64,000 nucleotides of DNA from Candidatus Yanofskybacteria bacterium RIFCSPLOWO2_02_FULL_44_18 (GCA_001794755.1 MGKT01000006.1:40700-104699); one strand, 5' to 3'; counted from the stretch's first letter, positions 25,081 to 34,657 are shown. The notes: generated from the letters alone by a model not told the origin. Numbers and translations are program-made.

Positions 25081-26139
25081 TTAGAGTTCCTTGAGTTTAT
25101 ACGTTCCGTCTTCCTGCTTGTGAAAGATGTCCGTATCCTGGAGATTGAGCAAAATCGTATTTTCCTTAACCATGCGCATGTCTTTCACCTTGGCCACAAG
25201 CTGGGCCTTTGGCATCGGTTTTTGAGCGTTCCGAAGAATATCCACCAGTACGTCTTTCACGGTGCCCGCCTTATATCCCCAATCCGAAAGAGCGTACATG
25301 CCGCGGCCGACCAGAATAAAACGATTATCTTTAATCAGTTCATTATGAACAGTCTGGACGTTGGCCCGACGGTTATCAAATCTGGATGCATTTATTAATC
25401 TGGCAATATCAGAAAAATGGCGAGGCTGATTTTCTTTCTTTAAAACCAGATAGGCTTTATCCCTGACGCCTTTGGGCTGTATTTCCGGCCAAGCCGCAAG
25501 ACCGATTTCATTAAAAATATTTTTATCGATTTTTTTAGACACGTTTAAGGCCAGATTGACATGATTTTCATTTAACGGCTGGCTGTCAAATCCGGACACA
25601 TTCGTCTTTCTGGCCAAAGACAGCAGTTCTTCTTTTGACATAACATTGTTGTGACGAGCCAGAGTTGAAATTAGGCTCTCGGTCATAGCCTTAAATCCCT
25701 TGGAATGTTCACCGCTTAATGCCCAGAAAGCGTGATATGTATCATTTTCTGAAAAACGTTCTAATTTGTTACTAAGGGTGAGTATAAAAACAAGACCGGA
25801 ATTTTGGGCCGTTTCTTTTTCTGAGCCGGTAGCAATGCCGAAAAGGCCGCTTTCTTTTATAACGCCCTGGTGATCGTCGATTATATTCTTGACGGTTTCA
25901 ATGTGAAACTGCGCGTCGGGCAGGGCAGAAATGTTCTTTGCAAGCTGTTTTAACGTAGCTTCTTCAATCTGGCGAACTCTTTCTCTTGTGATTTTATAAC
26001 TGGCTCCGATTGACTCCAGGGTTTCTTTTTTCCCTTTTATAAGACCAAAACGGCGAGACAGAATGTCTCGATTTCGAGGTGAAAGGGTTTTTAAGACGGC
26101 CTTTACCGTCTTATTTATTTGTGAGAAATTACTTGCCAT
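25081..26139 (-). CDS. sigma-70 region-4 (HTH) domain protein with a long C-terminal domain of unknown function
   Basis: 352 aa. The N-terminus LSPRNRDILSRRFGL…ETLESIGASYKITRERVRQIEEATLKQL is a canonical sigma-70 region 4/LuxR-like HTH. The remaining ~280 aa match nothing I can assign. Confidence 0.55.
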   Translation of the reverse strand: MASNFSQINKTVKAVLKTLSPRNRDILSRRFGLIKGKKETLESIGASYKITRERVRQIEEATLKQLAKNISALPDAQFHIETVKNIIDDHQGVIKESGLFGIATGSEKETAQNSGLVFILTLSNKLERFSENDTYHAFWALSGEHSKGFKAMTESLISTLARHNNVMSKEELLSLARKTNVSGFDSQPLNENHVNLALNVSKKIDKNIFNEIGLAAWPEIQPKGVRDKAYLVLKKENQPRHFSDIARLINASRFDNRRANVQTVHNELIKDNRFILVGRGMYALSDWGYKAGTVKDVLVDILRNAQKPMPKAQLVAKVKDMRMVKENTILLNLQDTDIFHKQEDGTYKLKEL

Positions 26140-26181
26140 CTATATTATATATTATATCATTTCGCATAAAATACGTCAATA

Positions 26182-27066
26182 TCACCTCTTTTTTGTCCAC
26201 CATACCAGAATCGGAGAGGCGATGAAAATTGATGAATATGCCCCTAAAAATATGCCTATTATCAAAGCCAAGGCAAAATATTTAACGGTCTCGCCCCCAA
26301 ACACGTATATGGCAACCAGTGAAAGAAGCGTTGTGAAAGTAGTGCTCAATGATCGGGATAAAGTCTGCATTATGCTTAGGTGAACAGTTTTTCCGAATTC
26401 TTCTCTTGTCTTACCTCTTATAATATTTTCTCTGACTCTGTCAAATACCACCACCGTATCGGAAACGGAATACCCCAATATAGTCAAGACGGCGGCCACG
26501 AACACGGCCGTTATCTCCACATTATACAACCTGCCAAGAATGGCAAACACTCCCATGGGAATAATAATGTCGTGGACCAAAGCCGCCGTGGCCGATAAGC
26601 CCATAGCCCAAGGCGACAGCACGCGAGCAAGTTTTCGAAATACGATGGCAATGTATACGATAATGCAGGCGAGAACGATAATAATAGCGGTTAAACTTTT
26701 TTCCTTCAATTCTTTTCCGATGACCGGGCCAATCGAATCAAACCTTTTTTCCTCAATTTGGCCGAAGTCCGACTGGAGACTTGCCAGAATCCGCTGATGT
26801 TCTTCTTCGCTTAATTGCTCTGTCTTAATGATTAAACTGTTCTCCTCTGAGGGGCTGACCGATGATTTAATCCCGGATTCAAGAATGTTTTTTTGGACAA
26901 CGTGGGCTTCGGGCTTTGACTGAAAAGATATCTCCATCAGGCTTCCGCCTCTAAAATCCACGCCGAAGTTAAGGCCGAAAATAACAATCATGACCACAGC
27001 CAAAATCGTCAATGCAATGGAAAAGAAGAATATTATCGGATATATCTTGGACATTAAAATAGCCAT
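26182..27066 (-). CDS. secF: protein translocase subunit SecF
   Basis: 294 aa with six TM segments and SecF C-terminal conservation (…GGETVKYFALALIIGIFLGAYSSIFIASPILV). It follows secD with a 13-nt overlap. Confidence 0.85.
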   Translation of the reverse strand: MAILMSKIYPIIFFFSIALTILAVVMIVIFGLNFGVDFRGGSLMEISFQSKPEAHVVQKNILESGIKSSVSPSEENSLIIKTEQLSEEEHQRILASLQSDFGQIEEKRFDSIGPVIGKELKEKSLTAIIIVLACIIVYIAIVFRKLARVLSPWAMGLSATAALVHDIIIPMGVFAILGRLYNVEITAVFVAAVLTILGYSVSDTVVVFDRVRENIIRGKTREEFGKTVHLSIMQTLSRSLSTTFTTLLSLVAIYVFGGETVKYFALALIIGIFLGAYSSIFIASPILVWWTKKR

Positions 27067-28337
27067 TTTTTCCGATCAAATCGGGGACCGGAAAAAACGT
27101 TCAGAAATGCTCTGGTAACAATAGTGGCAGTGAATAAACTGGTTAGGACACCCACTCCCAATGTCAAAGCGAATCCTTTTACGATTGACGTTGTAAATAT
27201 ATACAGGACAACGGCGCCGATTAAAGTCGTCACGTGGCTGTCCCGGATTGAAAGCCAAGCTCTGGAAAAACCTTCATGCATGGATTGATAAACAGTTTTA
27301 CCAGCTTTCATTTCTTCCCTCATTCGCGCGAAGATAAGAACATTTGCGTCAACTGCCATGCCCAGGGACAATATAAAACCGGCAATGCCCGCCAACGAAA
27401 GCGTAACCGGTATCAGCTTGTATACCGCCAAAACAATTAATACGTATATTATCAAGGCAAGAACGGAAATAGCCCCGGGCAGGCGGTACATAATAATCAT
27501 AAACACTGCCACAAAAATCAAACCGTATATTCCGGCTTTAAGACTTTTGGCCAGCGATTCAGCGCCTAAAGTGGCCCCAATCGTCTGCTGGGATATCAAT
27601 TTAATGGGAACCGGCAATGCCCCGGAATTCAGGCGAGTGGCCAGAAGCTTTGCCTCTTGAGCCGTGAATCGCCCCGATATGACGGCATTGCCGTCCGGAA
27701 TCTCTGTTTGGACAACGGGTGTTGATATCGGCTGGCCATCCAAATATATGGCCAGTATTTTGCCGATATTTCTTTTGGTGATTTCGGCAAAGAGTTTCCG
27801 GCCTTCATCATTTAATTGTAAACTAATCTCCGGCTGATATGTCTGCGGATCGAATATGACTGAAGCTCTTTGGAGATGTCGGCCGTTGAGGCCGGTGCTT
27901 GTGAACGGGTCATCGTTACTTTCTCCTTTATTAATCCGCTCGACAATTTCATTGAAATTCGGCTTCTGCTCTTTGAATTCCAGAAAAGGAGTTTCGCCTA
28001 TCAATTGTATGGCTTGGTTTACGTCTTTGATGCCCGCCAGTTCGACAACCAATCTGTCTGATCCGCTGACTTGAACCACCGGCTCGGCCACGCCGAAAAG
28101 ATTGACTCTTCTTTCAATGACATCCCTTATGCCGTCCATGGCATCGCTCCGTTCACTCGGACCAATTTGAGACAAGTCGGCCTCGTACAGCAAATGGGCC
28201 CCGCCTAGAAGATCAAGGCCGAGTCTAAAGGGAGTGTTTGGAAACGAGGGATAAAATTTTTGGACTGATTGAGGATATACAAAAATAAAAAGAAGCAGGG
28301 AGGCAAGAATTATGATAACCGGATAATATTTTTTCAC
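27054..28337 (-). CDS. secD: protein translocase subunit SecD
   Basis: 427 aa with a large periplasmic domain and a C-terminal TM bundle (…LGVGVLTSLFTAT…). Confidence 0.85.
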   Translation of the reverse strand: MKKYYPVIIILASLLLFIFVYPQSVQKFYPSFPNTPFRLGLDLLGGAHLLYEADLSQIGPSERSDAMDGIRDVIERRVNLFGVAEPVVQVSGSDRLVVELAGIKDVNQAIQLIGETPFLEFKEQKPNFNEIVERINKGESNDDPFTSTGLNGRHLQRASVIFDPQTYQPEISLQLNDEGRKLFAEITKRNIGKILAIYLDGQPISTPVVQTEIPDGNAVISGRFTAQEAKLLATRLNSGALPVPIKLISQQTIGATLGAESLAKSLKAGIYGLIFVAVFMIIMYRLPGAISVLALIIYVLIVLAVYKLIPVTLSLAGIAGFILSLGMAVDANVLIFARMREEMKAGKTVYQSMHEGFSRAWLSIRDSHVTTLIGAVVLYIFTTSIVKGFALTLGVGVLTSLFTATIVTRAFLNVFSGPRFDRKKWLF

Positions 28338-28376
28338 GTCTTAATTATTAAAACACACCTATAATTTTTTGCAAAT

Positions 28377-28398
28377 AAAAAACGGGGCTTTCACCCCG
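28377..28398 (-). terminator. intrinsic terminator of the NYN gene
   Basis: On the minus strand CGGGG-TGAAAG-CCCCG is followed by TTTTTT. Confidence 0.6.
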
Positions 28399-28424
28399 TC
28401 ATCCTCGTTTAGAGGATACCACTA

Positions 28425-29060
28425 CTACACGTCAGACACCTTGGTTTCCGTACTCGCCCCGTCGGCGATCCGGATCAACGACTGGAGAAGTTTCTGGATG
28501 ACATCGGCCGGCGCCACGAGTGTCAGTTTGAACTCGAGCTTTTTTCGTGGCGGTTCCCGCACCGGCTCGGTTTTGTCTTCCCACGGCCGGCGCATGATTT
28601 GCATCGCATGGTCGGCAAGGTCGACGAACTCGAACTCACCCTTCTCGAACAGGTCGATCAACGACTGGCTGATGGAGGTTGAGCTCCCATTTCCAGCCTT
28701 TGTTCCGACCCAGACGATCCTTGCACCTCCTTCTTTCTTGATGCGAAGATTCGATACGAAATCCTGGTCGTTGGAAACGATGATGATCTCGTTCGCTTTC
28801 GTTTCGTTGATGAGCGCGTAAATTACCGCGTCATCGGCACCCGGCTCATCCACCGGAATCACTTCAAACCCTGCCGTCCGCAGGTGTTTGCCGAATGCTT
28901 TTTCACTGGCCCTATTTAGGACGTATGTCATGCGTTCAAGTTCCGCCGATTTGCCGAGTCCCCTGAGCAACGCAGCCAGCTCACCGAAGTTGAAAACCCC
29001 GATGCCAAGAGCCCGCCGCATCCATGAGAGCGAGTTGCCATCCACGAAAACTGATTTCAT
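28425..29060 (-). CDS. NYN-domain (LabA/PIN-like) putative ribonuclease with a ~70-aa C-terminal extension, in a high-GC islet
   Basis: 211 aa. The N-terminus MKSVFVDGNSL…IIVSNDQDF matches the NYN/LabA signature (vFvDgeN … D). A strong SD TAGGAGCCGAT precedes the ATG. The region 28375-29345 is about 56% GC. Confidence 0.65.
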   Translation of the reverse strand: MKSVFVDGNSLSWMRRALGIGVFNFGELAALLRGLGKSAELERMTYVLNRASEKAFGKHLRTAGFEVIPVDEPGADDAVIYALINETKANEIIIVSNDQDFVSNLRIKKEGGARIVWVGTKAGNGSSTSISQSLIDLFEKGEFEFVDLADHAMQIMRRPWEDKTEPVREPPRKKLEFKLTLVAPADVIQKLLQSLIRIADGASTETKVSDV

Positions 29061-29162
29061 ATCGGCTCCTAAAGGTACTGTGGGGTGAAATACCCCAATA
29101 TCTTATATTATATCATAATTTTATTAAAAACGCAAGAGCGCCGTGTGGGCGCTCTGTATGGG

Positions 29163-29327
29163 CTACATATTATCCTGTCCTTCTGATCCCCCGGCCATCG
29201 GCGTTGAGGATTCGTCGTGTCCCTCGGCGGACGGTTGCATCGTGCTCTCGCCACCGCACTTGGAACAATTCGCTACGGCTTCGACCGATTCTTCGGTATT
29301 GCCGCATGCTGTACATTTATACATCAT
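29163..29327 (-). CDS. small zinc-ribbon protein (C-x2-C…C-x2-C), 54 aa, co-oriented upstream of the NYN gene
   Basis: Not in the ORF track (<60 aa). Manual translation of the minus strand gives MMYKCTACGNTEESVEAVANCSKCGGESTMQPSAEGHDESSTPMAGGSEGQDNM*. It has high GC, an acidic tail and four Cys in two CxxC pairs. Confidence 0.45.
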   Translation of the reverse strand: MMYKCTACGNTEESVEAVANCSKCGGESTMQPSAEGHDESSTPMAGGSEGQDNM

Positions 29328-29413
29328 TAGTTTTTCCGGTTAATTAAATATTGAACCGGCATTATATTTTATTTTTCGACGCAGTGTTTCTTATTATATC
29401 ACATATCTAGAAA

Positions 29414-30859
29414 TCAAGCCATATCCGTTTCCAGCTTCTCCTTTGACTTATGGGGCTTTTGTCCGCTAAGCCATTCTTTTATGACCATAGTCGCCCGAAC
29501 GTCATCTTCGTTGTATTTAAGAAGTTTTTGAAACATCTCATCGGAATGGCTGTTCAGCCATTCATTGTACCAGACCACCGATTCCGCTCCGCCGGCCTCG
29601 GGATCATTCCATGTATATCCGAAATATCCGGCCGTGTCTTTAAGGCTGTAGAAGTAGAGGGGAAGGACGACCGAATCAACGAGTTTGGCGTGCAGATCAA
29701 TCGTATTTTCCTTGAATTTATCAACCAAAGATTGGGGCGCCCCGTAGCGCAAAGCCAATCTGTCAAAAACCTGCCGCTCGTAATACGCATAATGATATAT
29801 GACAAAATCATCCAGACCGGTGAGAAAATCAAGAAATCCCCTCCAGATATCCGGCTCTTCCGATTTATCTTTGGCGAAAAAATATCTGTACTGGGTTTTA
29901 CCGGTTTCGGTGTTTTTTATCAGAAATCCGAGAAGATAATCTATGTCGTGAGTAGGATCGCTCTCTATGTCAAAATAGACTTCATTTTTGACTGCCGGAA
30001 AACTGGACTTGGCCAATATCTTTGTCTCATTTGTTATTAAGGACTTGGCCTGATTGGAAAACCTGACAATCTTATCGAATGGCCAATCTTCTAGCTTATT
30101 TCTCAATTCTTCAATATCGGCATTCGCCAAATCATCCACTGTCTTGATTCCGATATCATATAGCCGTCTTTGGTCGGACTGGCTGACTTTGTGCACCAGA
30201 GAAACATCGTTGCAGCCTTGAGTTTCGGCCAGGCATATTGAATACCAAGGGGTGCGGCGGCAGCCGGATTTCAGAAACGGAGCCGGCTTTTCGCCGTTTA
30301 GTATTTTCTGGATTTGATTTCTGGTCAGATGAAACTGGTCAAGATAGTCGTCAATTAAAAATGAGCGCTCGTTGCCTTGAGGATCGATGACATAAGCTTC
30401 TTTGGGCCGCGTGCCCTGCAGCCGCTCCAGAATCAGACTGTAGAATATAAGCTGAAATTTGTAATCGTCGCCCAAATCCAACGATCTCTGGGCATCGTAT
30501 ACGACATATTCCCAATTCCCGAAATTTGATTTCCCTGGCCGAGCTTCAAGCAAATCAGGCATGCCCACCCAATCCTTATCCATTAACACGCCATGATAAA
30601 TATTTTTCCCCTGTTTCATCAGATCCAGCGTCGCTATCAAAGCTTCGTCGAGGTCTTGAAGCATTTCCGGCTTTATTATTTCAAACTGCTTGTGATTGCT
30701 CAACACATTATGGGCGTCAATCATTTTCCCTTTATGTATCAAATCCAAAAGGGGCGGCACTTTCTTTTTCTTTTCGGCATCGCCGTATATGTCATACCAA
30801 ATCCAGTGCGGACACTGGAAAAACTTATAGAAATGTTCAGCGGTGAGTTTTTGTTCCAT
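29414..30859 (-). CDS. TM0106-family RecB-like nuclease: N-terminal PD-(D/E)xK/Cas4-like domain + C-terminal RNase-H-like (YprB) 3'-5' exonuclease domain
   Basis: 481 aa. The N-terminus has FFQCPHWIWYD (Cas4/RecB-type). The C-terminus has …VYFDIESDPTHDIDYLLGFL… (DEDD-like exonuclease motif). Confidence 0.6.
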   Translation of the reverse strand: MEQKLTAEHFYKFFQCPHWIWYDIYGDAEKKKKVPPLLDLIHKGKMIDAHNVLSNHKQFEIIKPEMLQDLDEALIATLDLMKQGKNIYHGVLMDKDWVGMPDLLEARPGKSNFGNWEYVVYDAQRSLDLGDDYKFQLIFYSLILERLQGTRPKEAYVIDPQGNERSFLIDDYLDQFHLTRNQIQKILNGEKPAPFLKSGCRRTPWYSICLAETQGCNDVSLVHKVSQSDQRRLYDIGIKTVDDLANADIEELRNKLEDWPFDKIVRFSNQAKSLITNETKILAKSSFPAVKNEVYFDIESDPTHDIDYLLGFLIKNTETGKTQYRYFFAKDKSEEPDIWRGFLDFLTGLDDFVIYHYAYYERQVFDRLALRYGAPQSLVDKFKENTIDLHAKLVDSVVLPLYFYSLKDTAGYFGYTWNDPEAGGAESVVWYNEWLNSHSDEMFQKLLKYNEDDVRATMVIKEWLSGQKPHKSKEKLETDMA

Positions 30860-31596
30860 TATTCTTCTGGTATTAATAAATAATCTTGATCTGTTTCAGT
30901 CGCGTGGGATACGGGCAGGTGTCCAGACGCTCGAATAACATAATTGCAATGCTCACAAGTTGGACTGGCCTGGGGCGCTTCTTCTTGTCTGGCCGCATGG
31001 ACAGCTTGGTTGAATGTATTCTCGATCCAGCTTGGGTTTACACCCACTCTTCTCAACTCTTCTTTGAAGGGCAGGGAATTTTGAAATCCACCGCCGTCTT
31101 TCTGGACAACATAGAAAACAAAGTAAGCGTGGGGCTGGGTGGCGAATCCATTTTTTCCCAAAAGATAAGTGTAAACGTCCATTTGTTTCTGATAGTCATC
31201 GTAAATCCTGATTTCCCTCGAACCGGATGATTTGTAATCCACGACTGCCAAAGAGCCGTCCGAAAATTCTAAAACATCATCAACCGCTCCGTATAATCGC
31301 GCGTTAAGCTCCTCATCAAAAAATGAAACGCCTTTAAAATTATTGCGCCATTCGGTAAGTTCCGGGCCTGAATACAATTTGGCATCAATATTTTCAAAAA
31401 CGGCTGGCAGTTCGCCTCGTTCACGATATTTATCGAATTCTTGTTTGACTAAATAATCCACTGCCGCCGACAGCGTATAGGGATATCCGGGCGGCCTCTT
31501 TATTTTATGGTGCAAATCAAGCCAAAAACACTTCGGACACTCTTGAAAAAGTTTCAGGCCACTGCGCGATATTTTTAACGGATTACTAATCATCAC
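30859..31596 (-). CDS. PD-(D/E)xK nuclease, Cas4/AddB-like with a 4-Cys Fe-S cluster
   Basis: 245 aa. It has an N-terminal QECPKCFW, a core …GAVDDVLEF…LAVVDYKSS…QMDVYTYLL (D…EVVDYK…Q..Y), and a C-terminal CEHC. Confidence 0.6.
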   Translation of the reverse strand: MMISNPLKISRSGLKLFQECPKCFWLDLHHKIKRPPGYPYTLSAAVDYLVKQEFDKYRERGELPAVFENIDAKLYSGPELTEWRNNFKGVSFFDEELNARLYGAVDDVLEFSDGSLAVVDYKSSGSREIRIYDDYQKQMDVYTYLLGKNGFATQPHAYFVFYVVQKDGGGFQNSLPFKEELRRVGVNPSWIENTFNQAVHAARQEEAPQASPTCEHCNYVIRASGHLPVSHATETDQDYLLIPEE

Positions 31597-31624
31597 ATAT
31601 TATCATGATACTCTATTTTATTTC

Positions 31625-34267
31625 CTATTTCCCATGACACTTTTTATATTTCAATCCCGAACCGCAGGGACAGGGATCATTTCGGCCGACATTCGCGAAT
31701 TTCGGATCTGAAATATTTGGGTTTTCAGATTTGTTTGTTTCAAGATTTTTAATTTCCGACGGCTGATTGTCAGTCTGTATGTTTATTTTAAATATAATAT
31801 TCGCGACATTGGCTCGGATTGTTCCCAGCAGTTCTTGGAATAATTTTTGGGCTTCTGTCTTGTATTCAACCAGCGGATCTCTCTGGCCATACGCCCGCAG
31901 CTGAACCGAATCCCTTAAATGCTGCATCGTTTCAATATGCTCCATCCATATTTCATCTATACTCCGCAGTAAAACATAGTTTTCTGCTTTGCGCATATTT
32001 TCTTCCCCCAACCCTTTTTCTTTTTTTACATACATTGCATCGGCTTTGCCTGTCAGAAATGCCAGCATCTCCTTATCGCCTTCTTTATATTTATCTTCTA
32101 TGTCACCGAGCAGAGATTCATTATTTCCAGTCAATGCCCTGAATGACTCGTCAATTTCCTTTAAATTCGTATTCTCTTCTGGGGCAATACCGGCTGACGC
32201 GTGAAATTGTATTAATTTTTCCAGATACTCTTGAACGCAATCAACTACCAGCTGTCTGTTGTTTTCAGAAAACAAGACTTGCCTTCTGAAAGCATAAACG
32301 GCTTCCCTGTGCTTGTTCATCACGTCATCGTATTCTAGGACGTGCTTTCTTGAATCAAAATGAAAACCCTCAATCCTGGATTGAGCCTGTTCAATGGCTT
32401 TGGATACGAATTTGTTTTCTATAACGTCATCGTCGCCGACACCGAGTCGGTTCATGATGCTTTTTAACCTGTCCCCTCCGAATACGCGAGCCAGATTATC
32501 CTCCGTTGATACGAAAAATTGCGAAGAGCCCGGATCGCCTTGGCGGCCGGCCCGGCCTCTTAATTGATTGTCTATTCGGCGGGCCTCGTGTCTTTCCGTG
32601 CCTACAACATGAAGACCCCCGAGCATTCGAATTTTTTCAGCTTCTTCGTTATCGGCCGGATTGCCGCCAAGAATAATATCTACGCCTCGGCCTGCCATAT
32701 TCGTAGCTACAGTTACAGCGCCGACTCTGCCGGCCTGGGCTATGATCTGGGCCTCCTGCTCGTGATTCTTGGCATTTAATATCTGATGGGCTATTCCTTC
32801 TCTTTTCAAAAGACTGCCCAGCAATTCATTTTTTTCTATGGAAACCGTTCCGACAAGAACCGGCTGGCCTTTTTCATTTCTTTCCTTTATTTCTCCGACC
32901 ACTGCTTTGAATTTTCCCTGCTCCGTTTTGTAAATCCTGTCCGGCAAATCTTTTCTTATCAACGGTTTATTCGTGGGTATAGAAACAACATCAAGCTTGT
33001 ATACTTTATGAAATTCTTCGGCCGAAGTTCTGGCCGTTCCGGTCATGCCGGCCAGCTTTTTGTACAATCTGAAATAGTTTTGAAAAGTGACCGTGGCCAA
33101 AGTCCTGGATTCTTTTTGAACCATTACATCCTCTTTGGCTTCGATGGCCTGATGAAGGCCGTCCGACCAGCGGCGGCCCGGCATGAGCCGGCCGGTAAAT
33201 TCATCTACGATTATCACTTCTCCGTCTTTGACGACATAGTCACGATCCCGCTTGAATATAATCTGGGCTTTTAAAGCTTGCTCCAGATGATGGACAAGAC
33301 GGATTCCACCCTCGCTGTAAATATCTTTCATGCCCAGTTTCCTCTCGACTTTTTCAATACCCTTTTCCGTAATTGAAACGGCTTTTTGTTTTTCATCCAC
33401 GTTATAATCTTCATTTTCTTTTAAATCAGGAATTACCCGGGCGAACGTCTGGTAGAGTTTTCCGGAATCCTCGTCGGGCATTGAAATAATGAGCGGCGTT
33501 CTGGCTTCGTCGATTAATATCGAATCGACTTCGTCGACAATCGCAAAGGCGTGTTCTCTTTGAACCATGTCATCTTTGGTTTGGACGAGATTGTCGCGGA
33601 GATAATCAAAACCATATTCGTTGTTCGTGCCGTAAATGATATCGGCCTTGTACGCTTGAGCTTTTAATACTGGCCTTAAAAATTCATGCACGATTTTAAA
33701 TCCGCCCTCCGCGTCCCTTTCCTTATCCAAAGGATCGGAGGGATTTTGATGAGTCGGATCATATACGTAGCTCTCAGAGTGAGTAATACAGCCTGTCGTC
33801 AGACCCAAAGCATGATATATCTCGCCCATCCACGCCGCATCGCGCATGGCCAGATATTCGTTAACTGTCACCAAATGAACACCCTTGCCTTCGAGTGCGT
33901 TCAGATACGCAGGCAGAGTGGCGACGAGGGTTTTTCCTTCGCCTGTTTTCATTTCAGCGATGCCGCCGCGGTGCAAAACAATGCCGCCCATGAGCTGGAC
34001 GTCGAAATGCCTCTGGCCGAGAGTGCGTTTTGCCGCCTCGCGGACGGCGGCGAAAGCTTCGGGCAAGATTGAATCCAGCGTTTCAGGAACTCCTTTGGCG
34101 TCAGTTGAGGGATTAAGCCGCCGGTTGAATTCCGCCGTTTTGTCTTTCAGCTCCGAATCTGAAAATTTCCCAAAGTCATTCTCTAGGTTATTAATCTTTT
34201 GGACGATAGGTTTGAGAGAATCTGTGTACTTCTGATTCGCGTCGCCGAAAATTTTTAATAAAAACAT
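31625..34267 (-). CDS. secA: preprotein translocase ATPase SecA
   Basis: 880 aa with a DEAD-like motor (…MKTGEGKTLVATL…), a preprotein cross-linking domain, and the C-terminal zinc-binding tail CPCGSGLKYKKCHGK. Confidence 0.95.
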   Translation of the reverse strand: MFLLKIFGDANQKYTDSLKPIVQKINNLENDFGKFSDSELKDKTAEFNRRLNPSTDAKGVPETLDSILPEAFAAVREAAKRTLGQRHFDVQLMGGIVLHRGGIAEMKTGEGKTLVATLPAYLNALEGKGVHLVTVNEYLAMRDAAWMGEIYHALGLTTGCITHSESYVYDPTHQNPSDPLDKERDAEGGFKIVHEFLRPVLKAQAYKADIIYGTNNEYGFDYLRDNLVQTKDDMVQREHAFAIVDEVDSILIDEARTPLIISMPDEDSGKLYQTFARVIPDLKENEDYNVDEKQKAVSITEKGIEKVERKLGMKDIYSEGGIRLVHHLEQALKAQIIFKRDRDYVVKDGEVIIVDEFTGRLMPGRRWSDGLHQAIEAKEDVMVQKESRTLATVTFQNYFRLYKKLAGMTGTARTSAEEFHKVYKLDVVSIPTNKPLIRKDLPDRIYKTEQGKFKAVVGEIKERNEKGQPVLVGTVSIEKNELLGSLLKREGIAHQILNAKNHEQEAQIIAQAGRVGAVTVATNMAGRGVDIILGGNPADNEEAEKIRMLGGLHVVGTERHEARRIDNQLRGRAGRQGDPGSSQFFVSTEDNLARVFGGDRLKSIMNRLGVGDDDVIENKFVSKAIEQAQSRIEGFHFDSRKHVLEYDDVMNKHREAVYAFRRQVLFSENNRQLVVDCVQEYLEKLIQFHASAGIAPEENTNLKEIDESFRALTGNNESLLGDIEDKYKEGDKEMLAFLTGKADAMYVKKEKGLGEENMRKAENYVLLRSIDEIWMEHIETMQHLRDSVQLRAYGQRDPLVEYKTEAQKLFQELLGTIRANVANIIFKINIQTDNQPSEIKNLETNKSENPNISDPKFANVGRNDPCPCGSGLKYKKCHGK

Positions 34268-34268
34268 T

Positions 34269-34598
34269 TTATTTTTTAGGCTGGCGTTCGGAGTCTGAGC
34301 GCTTTTCTTTAAATTTCTTGATCTGGATTTTTAACTCGTTTCTGACATCAACAATCGCGGAACGGATATCGATATGATAGGCTTCGGCTCTTAACAGCGT
34401 GCGTCCGATTTTTAAGTTCGCTTCGGCGTAAAAAACGTAGCCCTTAGCATGATGCTTTGAGGGGCGGCTGACTTCAACTTTTATTTCCATCGGCCAATCT
34501 TTAATAATTTTAAGAACCGAGCCGATTTTCTGATTGATAAAAACCTCAAGGGGCGGAGTTAATTTGATGTTTTTTGCGTTTATAATTATTCCATTCAT
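34269..34598 (-). CDS. hpf: ribosome hibernation promoting factor / RaiA (short HPF)
   Basis: 109 aa, MNGIIINAKNIKLTPPLEVFINQKIGS… matching the sigma-54-modulation-protein/S30EA fold. It is directly downstream of secA, as is common. Confidence 0.75.
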   Translation of the reverse strand: MNGIIINAKNIKLTPPLEVFINQKIGSVLKIIKDWPMEIKVEVSRPSKHHAKGYVFYAEANLKIGRTLLRAEAYHIDIRSAIVDVRNELKIQIKKFKEKRSDSERQPKK

Positions 34599-34625
34599 GT
34601 TCTTATTTTATCACCATTTCAACCA

Positions 34626-34657
34626 AAAAGAAACCCCGAAAATCGGGGTTTCTTTTG
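34626..34657. terminator. bidirectional hairpin terminator (GAAACCCCG-AAAAT-CGGGGTTTC) 28 nt upstream of the hpf start
   Basis: Perfect 9-bp stem with A-runs 5' and T-runs 3', so it reads as a terminator on both strands. On the minus strand it ends the transcript of the upstream protease-like gene. Confidence 0.6.

Noticed and set aside
30859-31596. Cas4-like nuclease as evidence of a CRISPR-Cas adaptation module
   Set aside because: No cas1, cas2, effector or repeat array is present in the window. The Cas4/RecB fold is common in stand-alone repair nucleases.
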